NCBI GenBank assembly: GCA_054600435.1
Contig: BAAIJX010000021.1
Span: 186,001 to 250,000 of the forward strand
Reading direction: 5' to 3'
DNA from: Neophaeotheca triangularis
Taxonomy: Eukaryota
Length of the DNA stretch: 64,000 nt
Both the position numbers and the translations under genes were made by a program. This document shows positions 1 through 10,900 of this stretch, piece after piece; position 1 is the first letter of the stretch, and each line of letters opens with the position of its first letter. The notes beneath the pieces are model-generated. The model saw only the letters and a list, made by a program, of their open reading frames with translations. It searched no databases and had not been told where the DNA came from.

Positions 1-367
1 TAGCACGAGTTGCACTCTGCTCTGGTCGAAGAGGCCAAGGCCTCCCTCAGACGTAGCTCGTTAACGCTAGCTGGGTGGCGTCTATAGAGTAGTAGTAACA
101 GCCGTCTTTGTCGGTAGTATGTCGAGATGGGGAAGTTGTAGGGTTAGAGATTCGAGACGGCGTTGGCGGTCGATACTACTTACTGACTCTCGGCCTTCGG
201 ACCACGCATATACCACTCCCCCTCTCCCCGCATCCCCTATCCTCGCCTCCCTAGCGATAGTTGCGCCCTACTACGAGCGGCGGAAAACTCGCAAGACGGC
301 GTTGCTGGGAGATAAAAACCTAGTGTCTAGGGAGGCACTATATTTGTTGGAATCTTCACTGTTCTAG
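1..367. mobile_element. Probable RIP-degraded repeat fragment, truncated by window start; family not determined
   Basis: TpA-rich, CpA/TpG-poor texture (ctatagagtagtagtaac, tactacttact, cctactac, ctagtgtctagg) like the RIP'd island at 18.4-29.3 kb; no credible ORF; right boundary approximate. Confidence 0.4.
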
Positions 368-373
368 TAAAAA

Positions 374-438
374 CCCCTATAGATCTTGTGGTTAGATATT
401 CGCTTGTTACTATGAAATGTATTAATCGCGGGAGACCT
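374..438 (+). pseudogene. Degenerate, 3'-truncated tRNA-Asp relic retaining an intron-sized spacer
   Basis: 374-409 aligns by eye with the 5' exon of the neighbouring tRNA-Asp (about 26/37, one gap; CGCTTGTTA vs CGCTTGTCA). A 17-nt spacer follows at the intron position, then an exact CGCGGGAGACCT (427-438) matching the start of the 3' exon. T-loop and 3' acceptor strand are absent. Confidence 0.55.
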
Positions 439-542
439 CAACGCCTATCTTGAATATAAATCAGTAGATATGACATATGAAGAAGAAAAAAGAGAGTGCG
501 GACAATCGCCATTAATGAGTGAGTAAATCGGATTTCAATAGC

Positions 543-548
543 AAAAAA
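543..548 (-). terminator. RNA polymerase III terminator (T6) of tRNA-Asp
   Basis: AAAAAA on + strand = TTTTTT 7 nt downstream of the tRNA 3' end. Confidence 0.75.
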
Positions 549-555
549 GAATTGA

Positions 556-643
556 CTCTCCATCTGGGAATCGAACCCAGGTCTCCCGCGCTTGACATGT
601 ATTAGATGACAAGCGGAAATCATGACCACTAGACCAATGAAGA
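556..643 (-). tRNA. tRNA-Asp (GTC) with 16-nt intron (591-606)
   Basis: Minus strand TCTTCAT-TGGTCTAGTGGTCATGAT-T-TCCGC-TT-GTC-A[intron]C-GCGGG-AGACCTGGGTTCGATTCCCAG-ATGGAGA-G. Acceptor, anticodon and T stems pair; A and B boxes present; intron at the canonical 37/38 position. Confidence 0.96.
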
Positions 644-1127
644 TTGGAACAACTTGAGTTGCTCATTGGCTGTGGCGAAACTCAGGATAAAACAAATATA
701 TTTCTAGATCTAAAGATCAGCTTCACAGTTCGATAACTAGACTAGCCTGGGACAGATGTGAATGAGTTTTGATAGGTGTTGTTTCTGTACTCCTATTCTC
801 TCGCCTCCCGGGCACCCAAAGTGGCTACTACTTCCACCTCGTATCCACCTTTTGATGCTCCAAATCCACATAATGGAGCCGACTGTGTAGAGAAGCTCAA
901 CCTGGGGAAGGGGGTCTAGACCTCGAACCCGGCTCGTACAGCTACTAGGTACCCAGGTAGCTTTTGGCGGCTGGGCAGGTTGCAGCTGCGAGATGGTGGG
1001 CGGGCAGTGTCGATCAACAACAATGACGCACGAGAGCTCCCCAGCTTGACGGAAGCAACGCGTGGGCGAAGAGGAGATCCAAAGCAGGTACGCAGGCGAG
1101 GCAGGCAGGTAACTTACAGGTATTCGT

Positions 1128-1134
1128 TATATAA
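1128..1134 (+). promoter_or_regulatory. TATA box of the small hydrophilic protein gene
   Basis: TATATAA followed by a CT/CA-rich leader, about 150 nt upstream of ATG 1281. Confidence 0.55.
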
Positions 1135-1280
1135 GGTACGGTAGCTGGGACTTGACCCCTCTCTTTCCCTTTCCCCTCGATCAACCAACCACATCGTCCT
1201 CAAACCCTAAACCAAACCACCCAAATCATCCAACGCACTCAAACCAACAACCCACTACCAGTACCTCCACTACCTCTACA

Positions 1281-1600
1281 ATGTCAGGACTCATGGACAA
1301 GGCGAAGTCGGCGATGAGCGGCGGCGACAAGGGCGGCAGCTCAGGCGGCAGCAGTGGCAGAAGCGACAACATCAAAGCCACGGACAAGCGTACGTTCTCC
1401 CCCGCAGAAGTCTCCTCCACCCCCTCCCTCCCTCCAAGCCTCTCCTCTTCAGGTCTTTGGGGCAAACACGCTGACTTGATCCGACCATAGCAATCGACAT
1501 GGCGACCGACAAGGCCGGCTTGGGAGACAAGTATGACGACAAAATCGACAAGACGGTCGATGGCCAGATCAACAAGCAGATGGGTGGAGGAAAGAAGTAG
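1281..1600 (+). CDS. Small (72 aa) Gly/Asp/Lys-rich hydrophilic protein; exons 1281-1389 and 1491-1600
   Basis: GTACGT donor at 1390, GCTGAC branch, TAG acceptor at 1490. Spliced product MSGLMDKAKSAMSGGDKGGSSGGSSGRSDNIKATDKPIDMATDKAGLGDKYDDKIDKTVDGQINKQMGGGKK*; strong codon bias. Confidence 0.8.
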
Positions 1601-2142
1601 AATCGACTCGCAACGACCGAAACGAAACAGGCACGAATGGTACGGATGATGGCGATGATGGCCTGAGAAATGACCTTTGCGGAGGGTCTTGACGAGTATC
1701 CAGATACACTGTATTCAGATACCTACAATTGTCGTCTTTATTGCTTTCTTTTGCTCTCGATCACTCTTTCAGGTACAGTCGCTGTGATATTTGACTGTAG
1801 TGTTTTACTGGCGGCGTACTTGCATGTACACCAAAGAAGCCAGTCGACGCCCAAGCTCTAACCCTAGAATGGAGGGCATCTGTAGGTAGAACCGGCCACA
1901 GTGCAGTTCCAGCTAGTACGAAGCGTACCAAGGCATATGTAGAAAAGGAACAGAGACCGTCGGACTCTCACCTGTTGTGCATCTAAGAAGAAGTAATTGC
2001 GGGAGAAGGAATGCGAACAGTCGAACAGGCAAGGAAGCTTCATCGATACAAGCCAAGCAGTTCTTCGCTCAAGCAACCCCCAACGCCAAGTACAGCTCTC
2101 TTATCTCTATCTCTAGGTTGGTACTAAATCAAACGACCGTTT

Positions 2143-3207
2143 TTAAATCTTCGCTTTTTCAACCCTCCTCCCGGTCTCATCGAACCATATCTTCTCCCCA
2201 CTGTTGAGCGACTCTTGCAGAGCGCAACCGATCTTCACAGCCTGTACCGCCCCCGTAAGCTTGAAGGGCAGCTTCTTGTCCTCCAAGCACGCCTCGGTGA
2301 ATTCGTTGGCCTCCGTAACGAATGCCTCTGCGAAACGGCCATAGTAGTGAGCTGGAATCTCCCTCCTGATACCGGCCGCCTCGCTCATCTCCACCAAATT
2401 AGTCTGCGGGTTCGCGTTGATGGTGAGCTTGCCCTCGGTGCCGATAATCTCGCTCATATCATGCTGACCGGCTGCCATAATCCTCGATGAGTAGAAGTAG
2501 GCGATTTTGCCGCCGTGGAACTCAACAACCCCAATTCCATTGTCCACATCGTTGTACTTTCTCAGATCTGGCTGCACCGCTGTGATGCCCCATGCTGCCA
2601 CGCTCTTGACAATGCTGTCTTGTCCAAAGTACCAAAGCGCCAAGTCGATGTCATGAATGTTGCAGTCCACAAAGATGCCACCGCTGAATTGCGCGTACTC
2701 GACGAAGAAACCACTCGGGTCGAGCTTGTCGCAGGTCTGGGAGCGGAAAACGCTAGGCCTGCCAATGTCGCCCTTATCCATGCGGTTGAAAGCGTCGCGG
2801 TAGGAAGCATCGAAGCGACGGGAGAAGCCACACATGACCTTTAGATGCGGCTTCTTCTTGGCCGCGTCCACAACCGACTGACTGCCCTCGACGGTTGTGC
2901 TGAGAGGCTTCTCGCATAGTACGTGCTTGTCCGCGTCAATTGCTTTGATCGACTGCTCGGCGTGAACTGAGGTGGCGGTGGAGACTACGACGGCCTCGAG
3001 GCCGGGGTGCTTGAGCATCTCATCGTAATTGTCGTAGAGCTTAGTTCCGAAAGGCTCGAGTTTCTGGCGCGCCCAAGCAAGTTCGCGCTGGTCTGGAGAG
3101 AATGCTGCAACCAGCTCGGCTCGCGGCGTACGCTCGAGGAAGTGGAGGGCGTGGCGAGCTCCCATCCGGCCGAGGCCGGACACGGCGACTTGGAGCTTTT
3201 GGACCAT
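2143..3207 (-). CDS. Gfo/Idh/MocA-family NAD(P)-dependent oxidoreductase (myo-inositol 2-dehydrogenase-like), 354 aa
   Basis: GLGRMG Rossmann motif, HVLCEKP, GFSRRFD, SGGIFVDCNIHDID; start taken at MVQKLQ after a CT-rich leader. Confidence 0.9.
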   Translation of the reverse strand: MVQKLQVAVSGLGRMGARHALHFLERTPRAELVAAFSPDQRELAWARQKLEPFGTKLYDNYDEMLKHPGLEAVVVSTATSVHAEQSIKAIDADKHVLCEKPLSTTVEGSQSVVDAAKKKPHLKVMCGFSRRFDASYRDAFNRMDKGDIGRPSVFRSQTCDKLDPSGFFVEYAQFSGGIFVDCNIHDIDLALWYFGQDSIVKSVAAWGITAVQPDLRKYNDVDNGIGVVEFHGGKIAYFYSSRIMAAGQHDMSEIIGTEGKLTINANPQTNLVEMSEAAGIRREIPAHYYGRFAEAFVTEANEFTEACLEDKKLPFKLTGAVQAVKIGCALQESLNSGEKIWFDETGRRVEKAKI

Positions 3208-4104
3208 GTTGACGGAGGTGGAGGGGGTTGTGGTACAGAAAGAAGGAGAGGAGACGGCCTCAATGCGGCTTGAGAAGGGATCAAGGCAAGGAAAGGTTGA
3301 CGAGCGGGCGGTGAGAGCGGCGAAGGAGGTTGGGTGTGTGCGTAAGGACGGAGGCAACAACGTGGGATAGTTGAGGAGGAGGGAGAGAGTCACTACTACA
3401 ACAGAACAGCGCACGATCCTACCTTGAAGTATTTCGATGAGGCCTCCAAGGGTTTGAATGTCGCGGCTTCAAGCGTCACGTTGAGTGGAAGTGCTTGTTG
3501 TAGCTCCCGTCGTGAAGAGTGTTTACCCATTATTGACCTACAGTAGTGTTGCCTTCCGTTGCTTGGATAGGAAGGCCAGGAAACAAACGGAAAGGGCAGC
3601 CGAGGCCAGCCACGCCTGATTCCTGAACAAGCTTGGAAGGCAATTCGCGCCGCACCTGCTCCATGCGGCCTCCGCGGGCTGGCAGCGGGCGCTCCACCGG
3701 GGTGATCAGAGACCGTGCACGTGATTGTGATTGTGATTGCGGCGGGGTGTCGGGAGACGTGGGCACGAATCCAGAGCTGAGAGACCGACCGTCGGGTTTT
3801 GCTTCTCAGAGGCTCCAAGGTGGGAGTGGGTAACTTTTTTTGAACTTACCAATATTTTCTCCAGGGCGGAACGAGGGCCGCCATCTGTTGAGCTTACCGT
3901 TTGGAGCGAAGCAATCCGCGCTGCTGGAAGTATTCGAGAGACTTGAATTCCGTGCAGAAATTCCAGGAAGAGGAGTTGGGTGTTGAGAGGAACGGCGTGG
4001 CTCTTTTGTAATGAATCCTGTGTTGGACCCGGCGGAATGAGTCGAATCCGTTTCATTGAAACATTGAAGCATCGTGAAACATGCACCAGCTATGTGTCCT
4101 TCTC

Positions 4105-4948
4105 TTACCTACCCATCCACCCGCCATCAACGGTGAGAATCTCTCCACTAACGTATCCACTCGCCTTGCTAGCCAAAAAGACAGCCGCTCCCTTGAAGTC
4201 CTCCGGGTTGCCCCACCGCTCCGCTGGTATCCTAGCCAGAATGCTCGCCGCCCTCGCCTCGTCCGCAATCAGCGCCTCATTCATATCAGTAGCGATGTAG
4301 CCGGGAGCAATGGTGTTGACGTTGACACCCTTGCCGGCCCATTGGTTACTCAAGGCCTTGCCAAGCTGCCCTACACCACCCTTGCTAGCGGTGTAAGCGG
4401 GCACGTTGATGCCGCCCTGGAAACACATCAAGCTGCCGACGTTGATAATGCTGCCGCGGCGTCCACCGGAATCTGGCTGGCGCGAGAGCATGTGTGCGCC
4501 TACGTCTCGGCAGAGGGTGAAGACTGTCGTGAGGTTGGTTTGGATCACTTCATCCCAGACGTCGTCTGGGAATTCGTGAGCCGGATGACGTCGCTGGATG
4601 CCGCCGCAATTGAGGAGGATATGTATCTGATAGCCGTCGGCGAGGATCTTGGGGACGAGGGCTTTTATCGAGGAGGAAGAGGATAGGTCTGCGGTATAGA
4701 TTGTAGCTTTGCGGCCGAGCTTCTCGATGGCCTGCTTGGTCGCTTGGTTTGATTCATCGCGCTGGTTGAAGGGTTAGTGCTCTTGCTCAGCTCTGACAGC
4801 GATCAAGCCTCCTCCGTACCTGAACGAGTAGGATGTCTGCTCCCGACTCTGCGAACGCTATCGCCATGGCTTGCCCGATACCTCGCGTGCCACCGGTGAC
4901 CAAGGCCGTCTGGCCTTGTAACGAGAAAAGCTCCTGAACGGAAGGCAT
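4105..4948 (-). CDS. Short-chain dehydrogenase, KduD (2-deoxy-D-gluconate 3-dehydrogenase) / IdnO (gluconate 5-dehydrogenase)-like, 261 aa; intron 4762-4819
   Basis: Spliced N-terminus [35 protein letters not shown]; catalytic [29 protein letters not shown] terminus. Confidence 0.9.
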
Positions 4949-5341
4949 GGCTGTATGTTATTGCTGTGAGAACTTGATGTAATTGTCGAGTATTTCTTGC
5001 AGCTTCAGTGTCTTTCGAGAGTGACAAAACCGTCTTTTGCAGGAGGCGATGCAATAAAGACCCAGGAGACCCCCAGAACAAGTACCATCTCAAAAGCCGA
5101 CATCAACAAAAAAGTGCGCCGAGGTCGGCTTGGATAGCCGATTCAGTGGAAACATCCCACTTAACCCCCTCGAGACCCCCAAATGACGAACGAAGCACAT
5201 TTTGTGTAGATCAACTTCTACAGCACTTTCGAGCAGTGTGCCAGATCAAGAAGCAATTGTGTATACCTAGTTCATTGGTTGCCTTCAATAATTGCATACA
5301 ATCCTCTCAACCTCCACATCCCTGCAAACACACCCACAGCA

Positions 5342-6645
5342 ATGTCGTCCCAGATCAAAGCTTCCGTTCTCCACGGTCCCAAGGATCTCCGGATAGTACG
5401 CAGTCGCGAACCAAGCAGAAAGCGAAACAAACTGACAGTCCCAGGCCACCCGCGATCTCCCAGCGCCAGCAGCAGACGAAGTACAAGTCCAGATAGCATC
5501 GACCGGATTATGCGGCAGTGGTGAGCAACAATCCAGGTGCCCCCCAGCACTAAACAATGCTGACACCGGTCCCAGACCTCCACTACTACACCCACCACCG
5601 TAATGGCGACATCCTCGTTCGCGAACCTTTATCTCTTGGCCATGAATCCGCCGGCATCATCACCTCTGTCGGCTCCTCGGTCACAAATCTCCAGCCTGGC
5701 GATAAGGTGGCTCTCGAAGTCGGCCTTCCGTGCGGCCAATGCACTCGGTGCAACGAAGGCCGTTACAACATTTGCAAGGAGATGAAGTTCCGAAGCTCAG
5801 GCAAGAGCTTCCCTCATTACCAGGGAACGCTGCAAGAGAGGATCAACCAGCAAGCAAAGTGGTGCTATAAGCTGCCCGGTGACATGAGTCTAGACGTGGG
5901 AGCATTACTAGAGCCGATGGGTGTTGCATTGCACGCGTATAGGAGGAGTATGATGGCCAAGGAAGGCGGGACGGTTTTGATATTGGGCGCCGGAGCCGTT
6001 GGCCTGCTGTGCTCGGCGGTAGCTAAGCTGAAGGGAGCTGGAAGAATCATTATTGCGGATATTGACGCTGGGAGACTCGACTTTGCGGTCCAGAATGGCT
6101 TTGCCGACGCAAGCTATACCGTTCCGATGAAGAGGGGGCAGGATATTGATGAAAACCTTGCGATCGCCAAGGAGACAGCAGCCGGCATTGGTGCAGTTGG
6201 AGACATCGGGGAGGTGGATGTCACTTTTGAGTGCACAGGTGTCCCATCTTGCGTCCAAGCCGGAATATACGTGAGTTTCATCCCAACAGCGAAGCTCCAT
6301 CGCTTGACTAACTATCCACTACAGGCGACAAAGGCAGGTGGTAGACTTATGTTGGTCGGGATGGGCCACCCAATCCAGACAATTCCACTAGGAGCTGCGG
6401 CGCTGCGAGAGGTCGACATTGTCGGTGTTTTTCGGTACTGCAACACCTACCCGGAAAGCATCGAACTTATTGCGCAAGCTATGAAGTCACCCAAGGGCCC
6501 CGACTTCTCCAAACTCATCACCCACAGAGTGAGTGGCTTCGAGGATGCTGCCAAGGCGTTCGAGATGGCGGGCAAGACCAAGGATGCGGATGGAAAGCTG
6601 GTATTGAAAGTGATCATCGACAGCAGTAATGAGGCTAAGTTGTAG
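5342..6645 (+). CDS. Zn-dependent medium-chain polyol/sugar-acid dehydrogenase (sorbitol DH / L-idonate 5-DH-like); introns 5396-5444, 5521-5575, 6271-6324
   Basis: TGLCGS|DLHYY, LGHESAG, structural Zn site CGQCTRCNEGRYNIC, GAGAVG, FECTG, GVFRY; divergent from the SDR. Confidence 0.9.
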
Positions 6646-7121
6646 TCTTCGTGCCCGCTGGCTTGTTTGGTTCGATGGGATATTAGTGGGAATCCTGTGT
6701 GTTCGAATAGCCGCCAAAGTCAACGGCAAATATCCAAAACGTGTCTTCCCTCATCTCGTGCTTCTCAAGCCCATTGATGGCACTACACCCTTCCTTTCCA
6801 CTCGTCACATCATTGTCTCGCTCCTTGCCGGCGTGCACTGCCTCTTGCGCATTTGACGGCCCTGGATAAATTGATGCTGAAAGTGTGACCCTGCCTCATG
6901 TGTCCAATACTCGGCAATCTGCTCACGGTCGTCGAACCGAGAACCGCAGTCGCCTGCAAAAATTGTCTGTTGTGTTCAGCACATTGCTACAAGGGTTCCA
7001 TCCGGACCTAGGATCTCAAGTACCCTTATCCGGCTTAGGGTCGAGGCAAACCCGATCGAGAAGCCACAGAGGTGGGTGTGAGCGTGTACGCAAGCGCAGA
7101 AATGGGTACATATTCCATGCT

Positions 7122-7585
7122 TCACGTCTGATGCGAAGAGGCCCTCGCGGTATCGTCCTTCTTCGCAACGCGGTCGCGCGGAGTCCAGATAGCCTTCGTC
7201 TGTTCACGGTACCATTCACGTATCTATTAAGAGTATTAGGATACTGGTATAGAATGAGCTTTCTCAAGGCGTCTTGACATACCCCATCAAACGGCGTCTT
7301 GCCCTTGTCGACCTCCATGAACAGCACGCCGTACGTGACCACGAACAAAATGATGCCCCATTGAGCGAGCTTGGTAGTCTTCACCCAGGTCGGACGAGCC
7401 CACTTCAGCTTCGCGCGTCTCCTGTAGCGGCGTTCGAGGCGGAACTGGTGTTTCTGAGAGAGTTTGCTGAAGTCGGGGGGCCATGTTCTTTTGGCTCGGA
7501 AGGGATTGTTGGCGATGTTGTACGCTTGCTCTGCCGCCGCCTTTTCCCTCGCACCTAGACCGAGAAGACGCAATATCGCAGACAT
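7122..7585 (-). CDS. Small basic single-pass membrane protein (134 aa), possibly mitochondrial; intron 7224-7282
   Basis: MSAILRLLG...WPPDFSKLSQKHQFRLERRYRRRAKLKWARP...hydrophobic WGIILFVVTYGVLFM; GTATGT donor, CTAAT branch and TAG acceptor give the in-frame exon IREWYREQ... Confidence 0.7.
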
Positions 7586-7908
7586 GTCGGATCGAGAGGA
7601 CCCTTGGTTAGCAATGTGTTGGAGTTTGATAACAGAGCAGTTCCTCCTGCAGTCAGTACAGCACCTTCGTGGTTTCGCTTCTCCGGCCTCGGTCGTCTTG
7701 GCACAGATTGGATTTCTGGGATTCGCGACTTCGCAGAGACAGACGTGGAGCTGGAGGGGCTGCATTAGTTAGCCAGATTTTCTGCATGAATACACTCACC
7801 TTCATCTTTCCTCCCTCTCAACACTCCACCACCACGACGTTTCTCCCACTCCGATCACTACTTCCACGGCTGCGTGGGCAGCGATTCTACCGCCAAACCT
7901 ACGCGACC

Positions 7909-10900
7909 ATGGCAGCCGTACAAGCTACCCAAAAGGCCCTAGACCCCTCGAACACCTCCAAGGGCACGCTCAAGATCGAGAATACCGACAAGCGCGACAC
8001 TTTGATTGCTAGCGAGAAGAAGTACCAGCAGCAATGGGCCGAGAGCAAGATCTTCGAGCAGGATGCGCCCAGTCTGCAAGAGGTCCCTTACCACAGCGTT
8101 TCGCCCGCCGACCTGCGCAAAAAATACCCAAAACACATGGCGACCATGGCCTACCCCTACATGAACGGTACACTGCACGCCGGACACTCTTTTACCGCCT
8201 CAAAATTGGAGTTTGCAGTAGGTTGGGCAAGGATGCAGGGAAAGCGATCGCTCTACCCGCAAGGCTACCACTGCACTGGTATGCCGATCAAGGCCTGCGC
8301 AGATAAACTCATCAGGGAGATTGAGATGTTTGGCCAGAACTTCGAGAACTGCCCGGTCGACGAGGTTCAGGAGGAATCCGTAGAAGCCAAGCCTGCCCCC
8401 ACCCAGGAGACGACCAAGGAAGATGTAACCAAATTCGGCGCGAAGAAGAGCAAGGCGGCCGCTAAAACAAACGTGGCGCTCAAATATCAGTTTCAGATCA
8501 TGCTTGCCATTGGTATTCCCATTGAAGAGATCCACAAGTTTGCGGAGCCGCACCATTGGCTGGAGCATTTTCCACCACTTTGCAAACGCGACCTTACGAA
8601 CATGGGGGCGCGTGTCGATTGGAGGAGAAGCATGGTTACCACGGATGCCAACCCATACTACGACGCTTTTGTGCGCTGGCAGATGAACCGTCTAAAGGAG
8701 CTAGGGAAGATCAAGTTCGGAAAGCGCTACACTGTCTACTCCCCCAAGGACGGCCAGGCTTGCATGGACCACGACCGTAGCAAGGGCGAGGGTGTAGGTG
8801 TGCAGGAGTACACGGCGTTGAAGCTGTGCGTAAAGGAATGGCCGGAAGCAGCGCAGAGCAAGGTCGAGGGCAAGATTCCTGATGGGGCCAACGTGTACTT
8901 CGTGCCGGCCACGCTAAGGCCAGAGACCATGTACGGCCAGACTCACTGCTTCGTCGGACCAAAGATTACCTACGGCATCTACGAGAAGGAGCAGGGTAAA
9001 GAATACTTCTTCGTCAGTGAGAGAGCGGCGAGAAACATGTCTTTCCAGAACATCTTCCCTCAGTGGGGTGTCTACCCAAAGATTGCGGAGCTGCAAGGCT
9101 CAGATGTCGTTGGGACGTTGGTCAACGCGCCGCTCTCGGTGCACACGAACGGCATTCGCATCCTGCCCATGGAGACTGTCAAGGAGACCAAGGGTACAGG
9201 TGTAGTCACTTCGGTGCCCTCTGACTCACCGGATGACTATGCGACAATGCTGGACCTGGCCAAGAAGGCAGAATACTACAAGATCAAGAAAGAGTGGGCC
9301 GACATGGAGCTTCTACCGATCATCGAGACACCATCATACGGCAACCTTACGGCAAAGTTCCTGGTGGAGAAGATGAAGATCAACTCGCCCAAAGATGCAA
9401 CCCAGCTGGCTGAAGCGAAGGATCTAGCGTACAAAGAGGGTTATTACAAGGGCAAGATGATTTACGGAGACTTTGCAGGAAAGACCGTAGAAGAGGCCAA
9501 ACCACTCGTGCGACAACAGCTAATCGATGCTGATTTGGCATTCGCCTACGCCGAGCCGGACGGCTTCGTCGAAAGTAGATCAGGCGACACTTGCATTGCT
9601 GCCCATCTTGACCAGTGGTTCTTGAACTATGGCACCCCAGAGAAGTCTGGCGACCCTAGCTGGCAGCCAGATGTGCTCAAGCATGTGCAAAACGAAAACG
9701 GTGATGGCCTCAACACCTTCTCCACAGAGGTCAAGAACTCCTTCGAGCAAACTTTGGACTGGCTGGCACAATGGGCGTGTGCGAGATCCTACGGTCTTGG
9801 CTCGAAGCTGCCATGGGACAAGGCGCAGCTGGTCGAGTCTCTTTCTGACTCCACGATCTACATGTCGTACTACACGATCGCGCATATGCTCCACGCAGAC
9901 ATTTTCGGCAAGGAAAAGGGCAGCGCCAACGTCGGCGCGGAAGAGATGACTGACGAAGTCTGGGATTTCCTGTTTTGCCGAACCGAAGTGATCCCTCAGA
10001 CCAGCATCAAGCAAGAGACTCTTCAGGCGATGAGGAGAGAATTTGAGTACTGGTACCCTCTCGACGTGAGAGTATCGGGCAAGGATCTCATTCAAAACCA
10101 CCTCACCTTCTTCTTGTACGTCCACGTCGCCCTCTTTCCACCGGAATACTGGCCACGAGCAGTGCGCATCAACGGTCACTTGATGCTCAACGGAGAGAAG
10201 ATGAGCAAATCTACCGGCAACTTTCTTACTCTCTACGACGCAACTGCCAAATTCGGTGCCGATGCAACGCGGATAGCGCTTGCTGATGCCGGTGATGGCA
10301 TTGAGGACGCCAATTTTGAGGAGACTGTGGCAAACAGCAACATTCTGCGGATGTTCGAGCTTCGTCAATGGTGCGAGAGCGTAACATTCGACGCCCGTAT
10401 CTTGAAAGAAGGCGAGATATACGCCCAGATCAAGGAGAGTGAACGCCACAAGAACAATGACTCTATTCAGCGCACCGGCTCCGAGCGCCTGCTTTGGGAT
10501 GACCTCTTCGAGAACGAGATCAACGGCCTGGTGAAGGAGACTGGGGAGCAATACGACCTTTCAAACTACAAAGCAGCGTTAAAATCGGGCCTGTACGACT
10601 TCATCTCTGCACGCGACTTCTACCGGGAGGTCACCAAAGCCGCTGGCGTAGGCATGCACGCAGACTTGGTACAGCGGTATATTGAGCTTCAAGCGCTCAT
10701 GCTGACAGTCGTGGCGCCGCACTGGAGTGAACACATTTGGCTCGAGGTGCTCAAGAAGCAGGAGACTGTTCAGAACGCTCTCTTCCCTGAAGTGGAGCCT
10801 CAAAAGGGTCACCTCACGGCCGCGCGTGAGTACGTTCGCAACACCAGCTCCAGCATCACATCCGCCGAGGGCGCGCAGTTGAAGCGCATGCAAAAGGGCA

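Noticed and set aside
3208..3414. N-terminal extensions given by the ORF track (also 35487-35663 and 17517-17588)
   Set aside because: Leader-like sequence upstream of better-supported ATGs (family N-terminus or signal peptide)
9580..10551. 323-aa antisense ORF in LeuRS, and many similar antisense or alternative-frame ORFs in TOM1, MIOX, the SDR and GMC
   Set aside because: Shadow ORFs caused by GC3-biased codon usage of the real genes; no motifs
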